DNA from: Bdellovibrionales bacterium
Lineage (GTDB): Bacteria > Bdellovibrionota > Bdellovibrionia > Bdellovibrionales > JAGQZY01
Length of the DNA: 64,000 nucleotides
Direction of reading: 5' to 3'
Assembly (NCBI GenBank): GCA_031426555.1
Contig: JANPLN010000015.1
Span: forward strand, 96,001-160,000
Shown one piece after another: positions 10,654 through 19,547 of the stretch; the stretch's first letter is position 1; the number at the start of each line of letters is the position of its first letter. Below the pieces are notes generated by a model. The model saw nothing but the letters and a program-made list of their open reading frames with translations. It was not told the DNA's origin and searched no databases. The translations under genes were made by a program, and so were the position numbers.

Positions 10654-11304
10654 TTAAAAAATGAGCGCATCAAAACTCGATAAAAAAGCAGAACAGACTG
10701 ACATATAGAATGCGGAGGTTTTTGCAGTTTGCCCCTGCTCCGCCGGCGTTAACGTGGCCAAATACTCAGTGCGGTAGTCCACAAATAGTTTCGTCTCGTT
10801 TTCGCTTAAGTCACGCGCCCAAACCTTTTGCGAAAACTTATCGAGCACAGTTTCATAGGATCCAACTGTGATTGTTGATGGACCGGTGTTAAAGTTGACG
10901 CCCGTAAAGAAGTTGCGGGCGGCTCCGGCCGTTCTTTCAGTGGTGACAAGACTGTTGCAGACTTCGCCAGCCAACGAGGTGGCCGATAAAAGCATAGGCG
11001 CATTCATCGACGACAGATAACTGTTAACTGCGAAGGCCGAGTTACGAATATTAAATTCGTTTCGTACGGCGGTGCTTGAAACGGTCTGACCGGTCACATT
11101 CAACATCGACGAAAGAGCTTGATCAGCGTTTAAAAGAGCATACGGCAAGTCTTCTGATTTAGACACGGAGCTTGATTCGTTGGAAGAACTCCCCAAAGAA
11201 TACATTTTGCTTGGAGAACAGTTAAATCCCAAAACGGAGAGCAGGCTACCTATGATGATGAGAATTGAAAATTGCATCATGAGTCGTTTATTTTTCGTAA
11301 TCAC
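10654..11304 (-). CDS. Lipoprotein of unknown function
   Basis: Hydrophobic signal ending GFNC; Ser-rich linker; two further Cys (EVCN, SVCS); co-directional and tightly packed in the operon. Confidence 0.65.
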   Translation of the reverse strand: MITKNKRLMMQFSILIIIGSLLSVLGFNCSPSKMYSLGSSSNESSSVSKSEDLPYALLNADQALSSMLNVTGQTVSSTAVRNEFNIRNSAFAVNSYLSSMNAPMLLSATSLAGEVCNSLVTTERTAGAARNFFTGVNFNTGPSTITVGSYETVLDKFSQKVWARDLSENETKLFVDYRTEYLATLTPAEQGQTAKTSAFYMSVCSAFLSSFDALIF

Positions 11305-12551
11305 AAAGCCTCCTTATAGCGGCATTGTGGATTTGTCGCGACAAGTTCGAATAATTTTTTAAAACGATAATTCTGGGATTCCCACTGGGTTCCAAGTTGG
11401 GTAAACAGTAGTTTTTGATTTTCTTCCGCCAGGTCTCTACGGCAGATGGCATTGAAAACACGTTTTGCCATGCACTGACTAAAGCGCTGCGTGCCAGCGA
11501 TGGCTGCGCCAAATCCAGCTACCCCAGTACCCGCTGTAGACGCAGGTGAGCGCCAGCCGATCGACAAGGCGTTGGCTCCGCGATTGGCGTGATTGACCCA
11601 GCTGTCGTCGCGAGTGACGTAACCGCCAACGTACACATTTCCGTTTTTGTTGAGCTTGTTCATCACACCGCTTGCGTCGTTGTCGGCATCGCGGCCTTCG
11701 ATACCGTTCACCGAAGAGTGGATAGCAGCACCGTTATTAAAATCCCACTTCGCAAACGCGCCCCGGAAGCCATCCATGACTGTATGACAGCCCTTACAGG
11801 TGGTTTGAAATTTTGTGTGGTCGCCACCTGGAAAGCGGTCGATATCTCGACCGATGCGAATGTCTGGCGCCGACGTATCAGCCACTTGGTCGATGGTGGC
11901 ACACATAAATTCGCGAAAGGCGAATTCAACCAAGCGACGGTTGGTGCCCGCAGTGGCATGGGCCTCGATATAAGCGCGTGAGGTGAGAACTCCCGCAGGA
12001 TCGGGGTTGGGCGCGGTGGTGTTGGCGTTGTTGATCGTTAAAAGCTGGCCATCGCGTTTTTCCAACACATCACCCAGATTGAGACTATTGCTCTCGAGGG
12101 CGGCATAGTGTCGGTTAGAGGCAATGATATCGGCTCCGATCGCGACGGGAATGGTTGTACCAGCGGGAATTCGAGCATCTGCAGCTGCATAATAATAATT
12201 TCCAGTTAAAAGCTCGCGTCCGTCCAGATCATCCCGGGTGATTCCAATAAATGCTGCGGCAAAATCATTAAACGGAGTGCGAATTGTCTCTTCGCGGGTG
12301 GACATTTGCAAAGCCAATTGTTTAACAGTGATGTTGTAAAATTGCGGCTGCATCATCGCCAGTTGCACAGCGCCCGCGGAGTTCTTCGAAGAAATCAAGG
12401 TGCTCATTTGTTGAAGAACAGCGGCGTCGCTTGGCCAGCGGACACCAGTGATTCTTTCAAGAATCCACTTTGCCTCTCTGTCGGCATCGGACTGGGCGTA
12501 GACGTTCGCTCCAGTAATTAGTATAAGAAACCCTAGTAATAATCTTTTCAC
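11301..12551 (-). CDS. Secreted mono-heme protein (DUF1588/DUF1585-like)
   Basis: Signal peptide; AGVLTSR..GTNRR motif; CKGCH heme-c site followed by MD; C-terminal F..CMAKRVF..IC.R; GTG start after GGGGGG. Confidence 0.65.
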   Translation of the reverse strand: MKRLLLGFLILITGANVYAQSDADREAKWILERITGVRWPSDAAVLQQMSTLISSKNSAGAVQLAMMQPQFYNITVKQLALQMSTREETIRTPFNDFAAAFIGITRDDLDGRELLTGNYYYAAADARIPAGTTIPVAIGADIIASNRHYAALESNSLNLGDVLEKRDGQLLTINNANTTAPNPDPAGVLTSRAYIEAHATAGTNRRLVEFAFREFMCATIDQVADTSAPDIRIGRDIDRFPGGDHTKFQTTCKGCHTVMDGFRGAFAKWDFNNGAAIHSSVNGIEGRDADNDASGVMNKLNKNGNVYVGGYVTRDDSWVNHANRGANALSIGWRSPASTAGTGVAGFGAAIAGTQRFSQCMAKRVFNAICRRDLAEENQKLLFTQLGTQWESQNYRFKKLFELVATNPQCRYKEAL

Positions 12552-12744
12552 TTTTCCCCCCGGACGTGCCCAGATTATGTTAAAACCGCTCGTGTAAGCT
12601 CTGTCAGGATAGTGGACATTTGTCTAGAGAGCGAACAAATTGTGAATGTGTTTTAGATTGAGACGAGATCTGATTGCTTTTGAGACACAATCTAGACGAA
12701 GCGATAATTGACTACAAAATTGGATACCTTAACATGGAGACACT

Positions 12745-13287
12745 ATGAAAAAAATAATCTCAAATTCAAAAATCGGTTGCCTGAGTCTTTTTATAATTTT
12801 TGGAATCCCAATTTCCTGTTCCAGTGCAAAATCCCAGCGCTCAGTTTCGCAAGTGAAAGAGGTCAGCGCTGTCGCTCCCACTCCCGCGAATAATGACGTC
12901 GCTCCATTTAAAAAAGCCATGGGGCTTATCGACGGTGAATATGAGGCCACAAATGATCCGCAGGGAGTTTGTCCCGTGGGTCCATTGGTCGTTCGCGCCG
13001 TAGATGATGAGTTCGTGATTATGATTGGTGCAGAACTCATAATTTCGAAAGCAAAAATAGGTCGCAATCAAGCGAGCTATTCAGAAAGCGGCTGCCAGAT
13101 TGTGATGAATGTAAATCAAGATGCCGGAAAGATTACCAGCAAAAAAACCCAAGTTTGCCGAAAGCAGGTTTATATATTTTCAACAACTTTCGAGGTAAAG
13201 AATGAAGATATATTTTATTCTGTTGAAAATTCGCAAAACGGAAAAGAAAATTTAAAAGTTGCCTGTCGTCTTGAAAGGCAAAAATGA
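12745..13287 (+). CDS. Hypothetical lipoprotein, Cys-containing
   Basis: GGAG SD, hydrophobic N terminus with PISC lipobox-like motif; overlaps the next gene. Confidence 0.6.
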   Translation: MKKIISNSKIGCLSLFIIFGIPISCSSAKSQRSVSQVKEVSAVAPTPANNDVAPFKKAMGLIDGEYEATNDPQGVCPVGPLVVRAVDDEFVIMIGAELIISKAKIGRNQASYSESGCQIVMNVNQDAGKITSKKTQVCRKQVYIFSTTFEVKNEDIFYSVENSQNGKENLKVACRLERQK

Positions 13288-13919
13288 AAACGATTCTGAT
13301 AAGTTTTCTATTTCTAGTTACGACCATGAGCCGCGCTGAGCTAACAAGACCCAATTCTCTATCTGCCACTGGGGGCATTACCGCAGCGCCCATGTCTCGA
13401 TTTGCTGGAGCATGCACTAAGTTTATGTCTGCAGACGGAACTTTTGGGCCATGGGGTGTCGCTTTGATGTCTGCTTTTGAAAGGGTGGGAACAGACTGTA
13501 TTTATCAATCGGATTGGTCTGCGATCTGCCCTGGATTTGTTAATTTTTCGAACCCTCAGAAAAGGCAATTGATGGTATTCGCATTTGCCGCTGTGGCAGA
13601 TGCAGAGTCGACATGCAGACCGAAGGCTCAGGCCCAGGGGACCAACGATTTGGCTGTGGGATTATTTCAATTAGAAAACTCGCGGCGCCAGCGAAGCGCA
13701 GCCGACCGCCACGACCTCTGCAGTCCAGACGCCGCTGTCAGCAAACCAAAAGACATTACTTTTCAAATGCAATGCGCAGCGGGAACATTCTACGATTACC
13801 ACTGCAATCGCTCCGACGATCGATACGTTCGAGTCGGTCGCGGCGGGTATTGGCAAAAGTGGAAACGATCCAATCGTGCCATCAGCGTAGATATCAGTAA
13901 TTTTCCAGGCTGCAAGTAA
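13284..13919 (+). CDS. Secreted lysozyme-like/lytic transglycosylase-fold protein
   Basis: Signal peptide; A.AES.C catalytic-Glu motif followed by GLFQL; eight Cys. Confidence 0.6.
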   Translation: MKTILISFLFLVTTMSRAELTRPNSLSATGGITAAPMSRFAGACTKFMSADGTFGPWGVALMSAFERVGTDCIYQSDWSAICPGFVNFSNPQKRQLMVFAFAAVADAESTCRPKAQAQGTNDLAVGLFQLENSRRQRSAADRHDLCSPDAAVSKPKDITFQMQCAAGTFYDYHCNRSDDRYVRVGRGGYWQKWKRSNRAISVDISNFPGCK

Positions 13920-13991
13920 TCGTTTAAGGAACAGACACAACAAAAAATCTTAGACAAATTTCCAAGCTATAAAGAATTTACGGGTTCAAGC

Positions 13992-14009
13992 CCGGCTAAG
14001 AAATTGCAT
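13992..14009 (+). promoter_or_regulatory. Candidate sigma54 (-24/-12) promoter CCGGCTAAGAAATTGCAT
   Basis: GG(13994-95)-N10-GC(14006-07) with TTGC; ATG at 14022 directly downstream. Confidence 0.45.
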
Positions 14010-14021
14010 TTCAATATTCCT

Positions 14022-14320
14022 ATGACAACATACTTCCTTTTACTAGGTATAAGCTTTGGTTTTTCCTCCCCCGAAATTATCGTTGTTTGACGGATGCCGA
14101 TGGAGAGTATTCACGCGAGATGGAACATCTGCTCTCAGCTCTTCAGAAATCCAACATCGAGCCCGAAGCCTTCGAAAAACAACGCCAAGAACTCTATGTG
14201 AATCTCGAGCAAGGGCAAGAACAATGTGCCCGTTTGCTCACGGTTGATTCCCTTGAAGAAAACCGACGGATTCCGGCAAGTATTCCGGCGAGTATTCCAG
14301 AGACCCAGGTTGCCGAATAG
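14022..14320 (+). pseudogene. Small secreted protein split by a 1-bp frameshift, probably at a C5 run (or a sequencing error)
   Basis: MTTYFLLLGISFGFSSP stops at 14090; one extra C in the run at 14068-14072 joins it to the 14087..14320 ORF. Confidence 0.55.
14270..14298 (+). repeat. 12-bp tandem repeat ATTCCGGCRAGT x2.4, encoding IPAS-IPAS-IP
   Basis: Read directly from the sequence. Confidence 0.85.
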
Positions 14321-14360
14321 CTCGTCCTAGGATATGACGTGGGTCTATTCAGGAGAGACC

Positions 14361-15524
14361 ATGCTCATCAAAAAAATAATGCTTTTAGGCTCTGGAGAAC
14401 TCGGAAAAGAGTTTGTGATCTCTGCGAAACGTTTAGGCTTGCAAGTGGTGGCCGTGGATCGCTATGCCGGCGCCCCCGCGATGGCTCTGGCCGATGCCTT
14501 CGAGGTGATCGATATGCTGGATGCCGATCAGCTTGGAGCCGTGGTGAATAAACATAAGCCTGATATCATTGTTCCCGAAATCGAAGCCATACGTACGGAA
14601 AAACTTCAGGAGTTTGAGGACCGCGGGATTCAAGTGGTGCCCACCGCGCGGGCCACACATTTAACAATGAACCGCGATGCCATTCGCGATCGCGCGCGCC
14701 AGCACCTCAAATTAAAAACTGCCAATTATGCTTACGCGGAGTCGCTGCAAGAATTGAAAGAAAAATGTCAGAACATAGGGTTTCCAAACGTTGTAAAGCC
14801 CGTGATGTCGTCTTCCGGAAAAGGGCAGTCGGTTTTAAAAACAGCAGAGGATGTGGAAACTGCGTGGGCCTATGCCGTTGAGGGCATGCGCGGGGACAAA
14901 CGAAAAGTGATTGTTGAGGAGTTTATAAAATTTGATTTTGAAATTACCCTTCTGACAGTAAAACAAAAAAAAGGAAAAACTGTTTTTGTAAAACCCATCG
15001 GCCATCGCCAAGAGCGGGGCGATTACCAAGAATCTTGGCTGCCGGCTAAAATGAGCCCACAGCAGCTTCTTAAAGCGCAGAAGATGGCTAAAAAAGTCAC
15101 TGATGATTTGGGTGGGAGTGGCTTGTTTGGTGTGGAATTCTTCGTCACAAAAAAAGATGTTTATTTTTCCGAACTCTCACCGCGACCCCACGACACTGGA
15201 ATGGTGACCTTAATTTCACAGGATTTGTCGGAATTTGATCTGCATCTGCGAGCTATTTTAGGTTTTCCCATTGGGGAGATCAATTATTACGGACCTAGCG
15301 CATCGGCAGTGGTTCTCGCCGAGCGGGATTCAGAAAAGTTTGTTGTTGAGGGTGTAGATAAAGCCTTATCGGCTCAGGATGTGGATGTTCGCATCTTTGG
15401 AAAACCCTCAACACGCAAATACCGCCGCATGGGCGTGAGCTTGGCGCGGGCAAAAACGACAGAGCTTGCCCGTAAAAAAGCGAAGAAAGCCGCAAGCCAC
15501 ATAAAAATCGTTTCCGAGGATTGA
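14361..15524 (+). CDS. purT: Formate-dependent phosphoribosylglycinamide formyltransferase
   Basis: LLGSGELGKE, PEIEAI, KPVMSSSGKGQS, SELSPRPHDTG and RRMGV motifs; AGGAG SD before ATG 14361. Confidence 0.96.
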   Translation: MLIKKIMLLGSGELGKEFVISAKRLGLQVVAVDRYAGAPAMALADAFEVIDMLDADQLGAVVNKHKPDIIVPEIEAIRTEKLQEFEDRGIQVVPTARATHLTMNRDAIRDRARQHLKLKTANYAYAESLQELKEKCQNIGFPNVVKPVMSSSGKGQSVLKTAEDVETAWAYAVEGMRGDKRKVIVEEFIKFDFEITLLTVKQKKGKTVFVKPIGHRQERGDYQESWLPAKMSPQQLLKAQKMAKKVTDDLGGSGLFGVEFFVTKKDVYFSELSPRPHDTGMVTLISQDLSEFDLHLRAILGFPIGEINYYGPSASAVVLAERDSEKFVVEGVDKALSAQDVDVRIFGKPSTRKYRRMGVSLARAKTTELARKKAKKAASHIKIVSED

Positions 15525-16399
15525 GATTGCAAGAGCAGACATTTAAGAAAGTTTATATTGAAATCAGCAACATTTGTAATTTGCAGTGTACATTCTGTCC
15601 TGTGGTGGATCGCGATAAAAAAGTGATGTCGGTGGATTTTTTGCGGCAAACATTGCGACAAGTAAAACCCTTTGCGGAGCGTGTTTGCTATCACGTCATG
15701 GGAGAGCCCCTGAATCACCCGCATTTTTCAGAGGCGGTGCAAATCGCCGAGCAGGAAGGCGTGACTCTCGAAATCACCACCAATGGAACACTACTCACCG
15801 AGCAGTTACAGAAAGTTTTACTTTCACCTGCAATCGCCCAGGTTAATTTTTCGTTGCAAAGCTTTGTAGATAATTTTCCAAAGTCAGATCCAAAAACCTA
15901 TTTTGCGAAAATCTTGCAATTTTGCGCACTGGCCGAAGAACAGCGACCAGATCTTTACATCAACTTTCGTTTTTGGAATTTACAACCCAACGAATCCCAC
16001 AACGATATCAACGAGTTTTTTTTAACAACCCTTGAAAAAATCTATGCCGTGCAAATCAACCGCAAAGTGGACCCAGCTTTTAATAAGTCAAAAAAAGTGA
16101 AGGGGCGCCTGTATTTGCATTTTGATTCAAGATTCGAATGGCCTAGCAAAACGGGTGACGTTTTGCAAACCCAGGGCACCTGCTGGGGCGCCCGCTCCCA
16201 GCTTGCGATCCATGCCGACGGGCAAGTGGTGCCCTGCTGTTTAGACAAAGAAGCTGATATTCCTTTGGGAGATCTGAACGCAGAGACTTTTCATCAGGTC
16301 TTGCAAGGCAACGCGTACCTATCGGTGAAAGAGGGATTTGAAAACAACGAGCTTCGCGCCGATCTCTGTCGTCGGTGCAGCTTTCGCCAACGCTTTTAG
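15521..16399 (+). CDS. Radical SAM/SPASM domain protein
   Basis: CNLQCTFC, GEPL and a SPASM-like C...DG.VVPCC...CRRC. Confidence 0.88.
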   Translation: MRLQEQTFKKVYIEISNICNLQCTFCPVVDRDKKVMSVDFLRQTLRQVKPFAERVCYHVMGEPLNHPHFSEAVQIAEQEGVTLEITTNGTLLTEQLQKVLLSPAIAQVNFSLQSFVDNFPKSDPKTYFAKILQFCALAEEQRPDLYINFRFWNLQPNESHNDINEFFLTTLEKIYAVQINRKVDPAFNKSKKVKGRLYLHFDSRFEWPSKTGDVLQTQGTCWGARSQLAIHADGQVVPCCLDKEADIPLGDLNAETFHQVLQGNAYLSVKEGFENNELRADLCRRCSFRQRF

Positions 16400-16424
16400 G
16401 TCGCGTTAGCCGTTCATTGATGCG

Positions 16425-17066
16425 TCAGTTTTGAGTGTCCACCACATATGGGTGCAGCTTGTGAAGTTTGTTGGAATTTTGATGCCCGTGGGACACCAAA
16501 ATCACATGAATTCCAAGAGCCTTTCCCACTTCTAGATCATGATCCGTATCGCCGATGAGAACAGTATTTTTTTTATCCACTTTGACCACAGCTAAAAGTT
16601 CTTGGCCCCGATACAATTTGCTCGCTGCAAACTTGTCGGCAATTCCGTAAACGTGATCCACATGCTCAAACAGCGAAAAGTGTTTGATCATACGATCTAA
16701 ACTTTCTTGATCAGAGGCAGAGAGAATCGATTGTATTTTGCCACTCGCTTTAACGGATTTTAACAAGTCGTAGGCGCCCGGCACAAGGGGACAGTCGAGG
16801 ACTCCTTGCATAAAATGGCCCACGAATTCTTCACACAGTTCTTCGAAGGACTCTTGCTTTAAATCAAAGCCTAGGCGTTCGTAATAGGAGCGAATAGGAA
16901 AGTGAAAGTTTTCTTTATAGGAGTCCACTGTAAGAAGAGGTAAACGTCGTTTCAGTAGAAGTCGATTGACCGTTTTGACGGCGTGCTCGATGTCGTTGAG
17001 CAGAGTGCCATTCCAGTCCCAGATAACATGCTCGTAATTGGCGAGTTGGGTGAACAGTTGTTGCAT
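16425..17066 (-). CDS. HAD-family hydrolase (phosphoglycolate-phosphatase-like)
   Basis: WDWNGTL motif I, LSAS motif II, IGDT.HD motif IV. Confidence 0.85.
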   Translation of the reverse strand: MQQLFTQLANYEHVIWDWNGTLLNDIEHAVKTVNRLLLKRRLPLLTVDSYKENFHFPIRSYYERLGFDLKQESFEELCEEFVGHFMQGVLDCPLVPGAYDLLKSVKASGKIQSILSASDQESLDRMIKHFSLFEHVDHVYGIADKFAASKLYRGQELLAVVKVDKKNTVLIGDTDHDLEVGKALGIHVILVSHGHQNSNKLHKLHPYVVDTQN

Positions 17067-17121
17067 ATGCTTTTACTATCGAAAGACTTGCATTTAATCA
17101 ACGAGAAGATAAAACAAGCGA

Positions 17122-17889
17122 GTGGGGTTTAGAATCATTATCAGCATCTTATTTTTATCGCTCAATGCCATTGCTAGTCCCCATGGTGTCTCTGCACAAC
17201 GCCCCGCGGGAGTCTCTTGGGAAACCTTGGCCAGGGAGCGACAGCCTGATTCCTTTAAAAATTTCCGCACGTCGGCCATTGGCTCCTCCGTTCCTCTCCC
17301 AGAGGTGGATCTTAACCAAGTTCCACAACTCTACGATTATTTGGAACTCGAAAGAGCGTTTCTGTACCTACGAGATGTTCGCTTTTTAGAGGATCCAGAA
17401 TTTACGGGACTCCAGCGAAGATCGAGTTGGATATTTCCCGATGACGGGTGTTATGCGCGCGCCTCGCTCGCTATTGAGAATTTGCAAAACCACAGCTCGC
17501 TCCGTCCGTTGAAAATTTTTGCCTATGGCAATCTCGTGGCAAAAACCACTAACACTTTCGAGGGCACCGTGACGTGGTGGTACCATGTGGCTCCCATCCT
17601 TGGGGCACAGGGAAATTACTACGTAGTTGATCCTGCTTTGGAACCAAAACGCCCCTTGCTTCTGAATGAGTGGGCTTCGCGACTCGGTCAAAGCCAGTAT
17701 ATCTCGTACAATATTTGTCAGCCACAGACCTACATGCCCTATAGTTCTTGCGACAACCCTGCCAGCAACGAAGACGAAAACGCCGCTTCAGACCAGTTGG
17801 GTTTTTTGCCACTGGAACGTGAAAGAATTTTAGAGCTCCACAGAAATCCCGTTGAAGAACTTGGCGAACATCCGCCATGGGTGCTATAG
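17122..17889 (+). CDS. Secreted protein-glutamine glutaminase (protein deamidase) family protein
   Basis: Signal peptide; DGCYARA (Cys), W.YHVAP (His) and VVDP (Asp) triad motifs. Confidence 0.8.
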   Translation: MGFRIIISILFLSLNAIASPHGVSAQRPAGVSWETLARERQPDSFKNFRTSAIGSSVPLPEVDLNQVPQLYDYLELERAFLYLRDVRFLEDPEFTGLQRRSSWIFPDDGCYARASLAIENLQNHSSLRPLKIFAYGNLVAKTTNTFEGTVTWWYHVAPILGAQGNYYVVDPALEPKRPLLLNEWASRLGQSQYISYNICQPQTYMPYSSCDNPASNEDENAASDQLGFLPLERERILELHRNPVEELGEHPPWVL

Positions 17890-17896
17890 CTCGTTT

Positions 17897-18799
17897 GTGA
17901 AAATTCAAGACGAAAATCAAAAAGCAAAAGACCTCAAGGTCGGAGTTATTTATGCGCTACTGGCCTATCTGGGCTGGGGCTTTTTTCCTATTTACTGGAA
18001 ATTTTTAAAGCATGTTCCTTCTGTGGAAATTCTTTGCCATCGTGTTTTGTGGGCTTTCGTTTTTTACACCATTCTCCTGTACATCAAAAATAAATCAATC
18101 GTTCCCTATTGGCCTAAAGAGTGGAAAAAATTTGTCAGTCTGTTGGCAGGCGCCGCAATCCTCATGGGCAACTGGTTTGTTTACATTTATGCGGTGAATT
18201 CGAATCAGATTGTAGAGAGCAGTCTTGGGTATTTTATCAATCCCTTGGTGAATATTGCCATCGGGGTTTTCTTTTTAAAGGAAACTCTCAGCCTCCCGCA
18301 GCGAATCGCCACGGGTCTGGCGACGGTGGGAGTGCTGATTATTTCCTTCGATCAAGGGCATTTGCCATGGATTGCTTTGTTTTTAGCAATTTCGTTTTCC
18401 ATCTACGGATTAATAAAAAAACTCAATCCTGTGTCGGGGCTCGAATCCAACCAGTTCGAATCGCTAGCTCTTGTTCCCTTTGCTCTAGCACTGCTTTCGG
18501 TCCAGGGTCGTTGGTTCGGGGTTGAACCTTTTCCACTCAACGACTCCACCACCACCGCAACTGCGTTGTTACTGGTTGGTGCGGGGGTGATCACCGGATT
18601 GCCGCTGATCTTTTTTGCCGAAGCTGCTCAAAGAATGCCCTTTTATTTGCTAGGATTTTTTCAGTTTATAGCTCCCAGTCTACAGTTTATGAGCGGCGTC
18701 TTTCTTTTTTCAGAAGTTATGACACCATTGAAGCTCGTTGGCTTTCTCTTTATCTGGGCGGCTGGCGGATTGATCATCGCAAAACCGAGGAGAACTTAA
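17897..18799 (+). CDS. rarD: EamA/DMT transporter RarD
   Basis: AY..WG..PIYW, NW..YIYAVN and SLGYFINPL motifs; GTG at 17897 is the likely start. Confidence 0.9.
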   Translation: MKIQDENQKAKDLKVGVIYALLAYLGWGFFPIYWKFLKHVPSVEILCHRVLWAFVFYTILLYIKNKSIVPYWPKEWKKFVSLLAGAAILMGNWFVYIYAVNSNQIVESSLGYFINPLVNIAIGVFFLKETLSLPQRIATGLATVGVLIISFDQGHLPWIALFLAISFSIYGLIKKLNPVSGLESNQFESLALVPFALALLSVQGRWFGVEPFPLNDSTTTATALLLVGAGVITGLPLIFFAEAAQRMPFYLLGFFQFIAPSLQFMSGVFLFSEVMTPLKLVGFLFIWAAGGLIIAKPRRT

Positions 18800-19123
18800 A
18801 TGACACTCACGACTCTTGAATACTTACCGGGCCATAAAGTCACTGAACACTACGGAATCGTAAGTGGAAGCACCGTCCGAGCAAAGCACATCGGAAAAGA
18901 TTTTTTTGCCGGGTTAAAAAATATCGTGGGCGGAGAGCTGCATGGTTACACGGAGCTCATGGAAGAAACTCGCGAGCAATCCCTTCAGCGTCTGAAGGCC
19001 CAGGCCACAAAAGTCGGAGCCAATGCGGTGTTGGGAATTCGCTTTGCCACGAGTGATGTGGCCCAGGGCGCCGCTGAGGTTTTTGCCTACGGAACAGCGG
19101 TGCGCGTGAGCAAAGATGTTTGA
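18800..19123 (+). CDS. YbjQ/UPF0145 family protein
   Basis: G.D..AGLKNIVGGEL.GY..L, GANAV.G.RF and YGTAV motifs. Confidence 0.92.
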   Translation: MTLTTLEYLPGHKVTEHYGIVSGSTVRAKHIGKDFFAGLKNIVGGELHGYTELMEETREQSLQRLKAQATKVGANAVLGIRFATSDVAQGAAEVFAYGTAVRVSKDV

Positions 19124-19547
19124 GTTAATACTGGGTGCGGTGTTGTTAGCGGTTGGCTATTTTGTTGGTTCGGCCCGCGAGCAGAAGCATTTTGAATCCA
19201 TAAAACTACGAGAAAAAGAGTTTCTTTACATGCCTGTTCGACCCGATAAGATTTTAGACGCACAAACGGTCGAGAAGGTGGAGCTTGTTACGGCGTCGGT
19301 GGTGATTGCCGGCGATTATTTTAAAACTGTGGCCTCTTCGCTCAAGTCGATGATCGGAGGAGCCTTGAATAGCCAAGAAACCCTCATCGATCGTGCGCGC
19401 CGCGAGGCGATCCTGCGGCTTAAAGAAAAGACTAAAAAACTGGGAGCCGATGAGATTATCGGTTTGCGTATCGAAACAATGGCCCTTGATAAAATGGGTG
19501 TTGAGGTCATGGTCTATGGCAACGCCGTTTATTCCAAAAGAAGTTGA
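19116..19547 (+). CDS. Membrane-anchored YbjQ-family protein
   Basis: N-terminal TM; DYFK......GG and DRARREA..RLK...GA motifs. Confidence 0.85.
   Translation: MFELILGAVLLAVGYFVGSAREQKHFESIKLREKEFLYMPVRPDKILDAQTVEKVELVTASVVIAGDYFKTVASSLKSMIGGALNSQETLIDRARREAILRLKEKTKKLGADEIIGLRIETMALDKMGVEVMVYGNAVYSKRS

Noticed and set aside
12600..12700. Cluster of GTCT/AGAC half-sites upstream of the cytochrome operon
   Set aside because: Suggestive of a repeated regulator site but too degenerate to define without a genome-wide motif search
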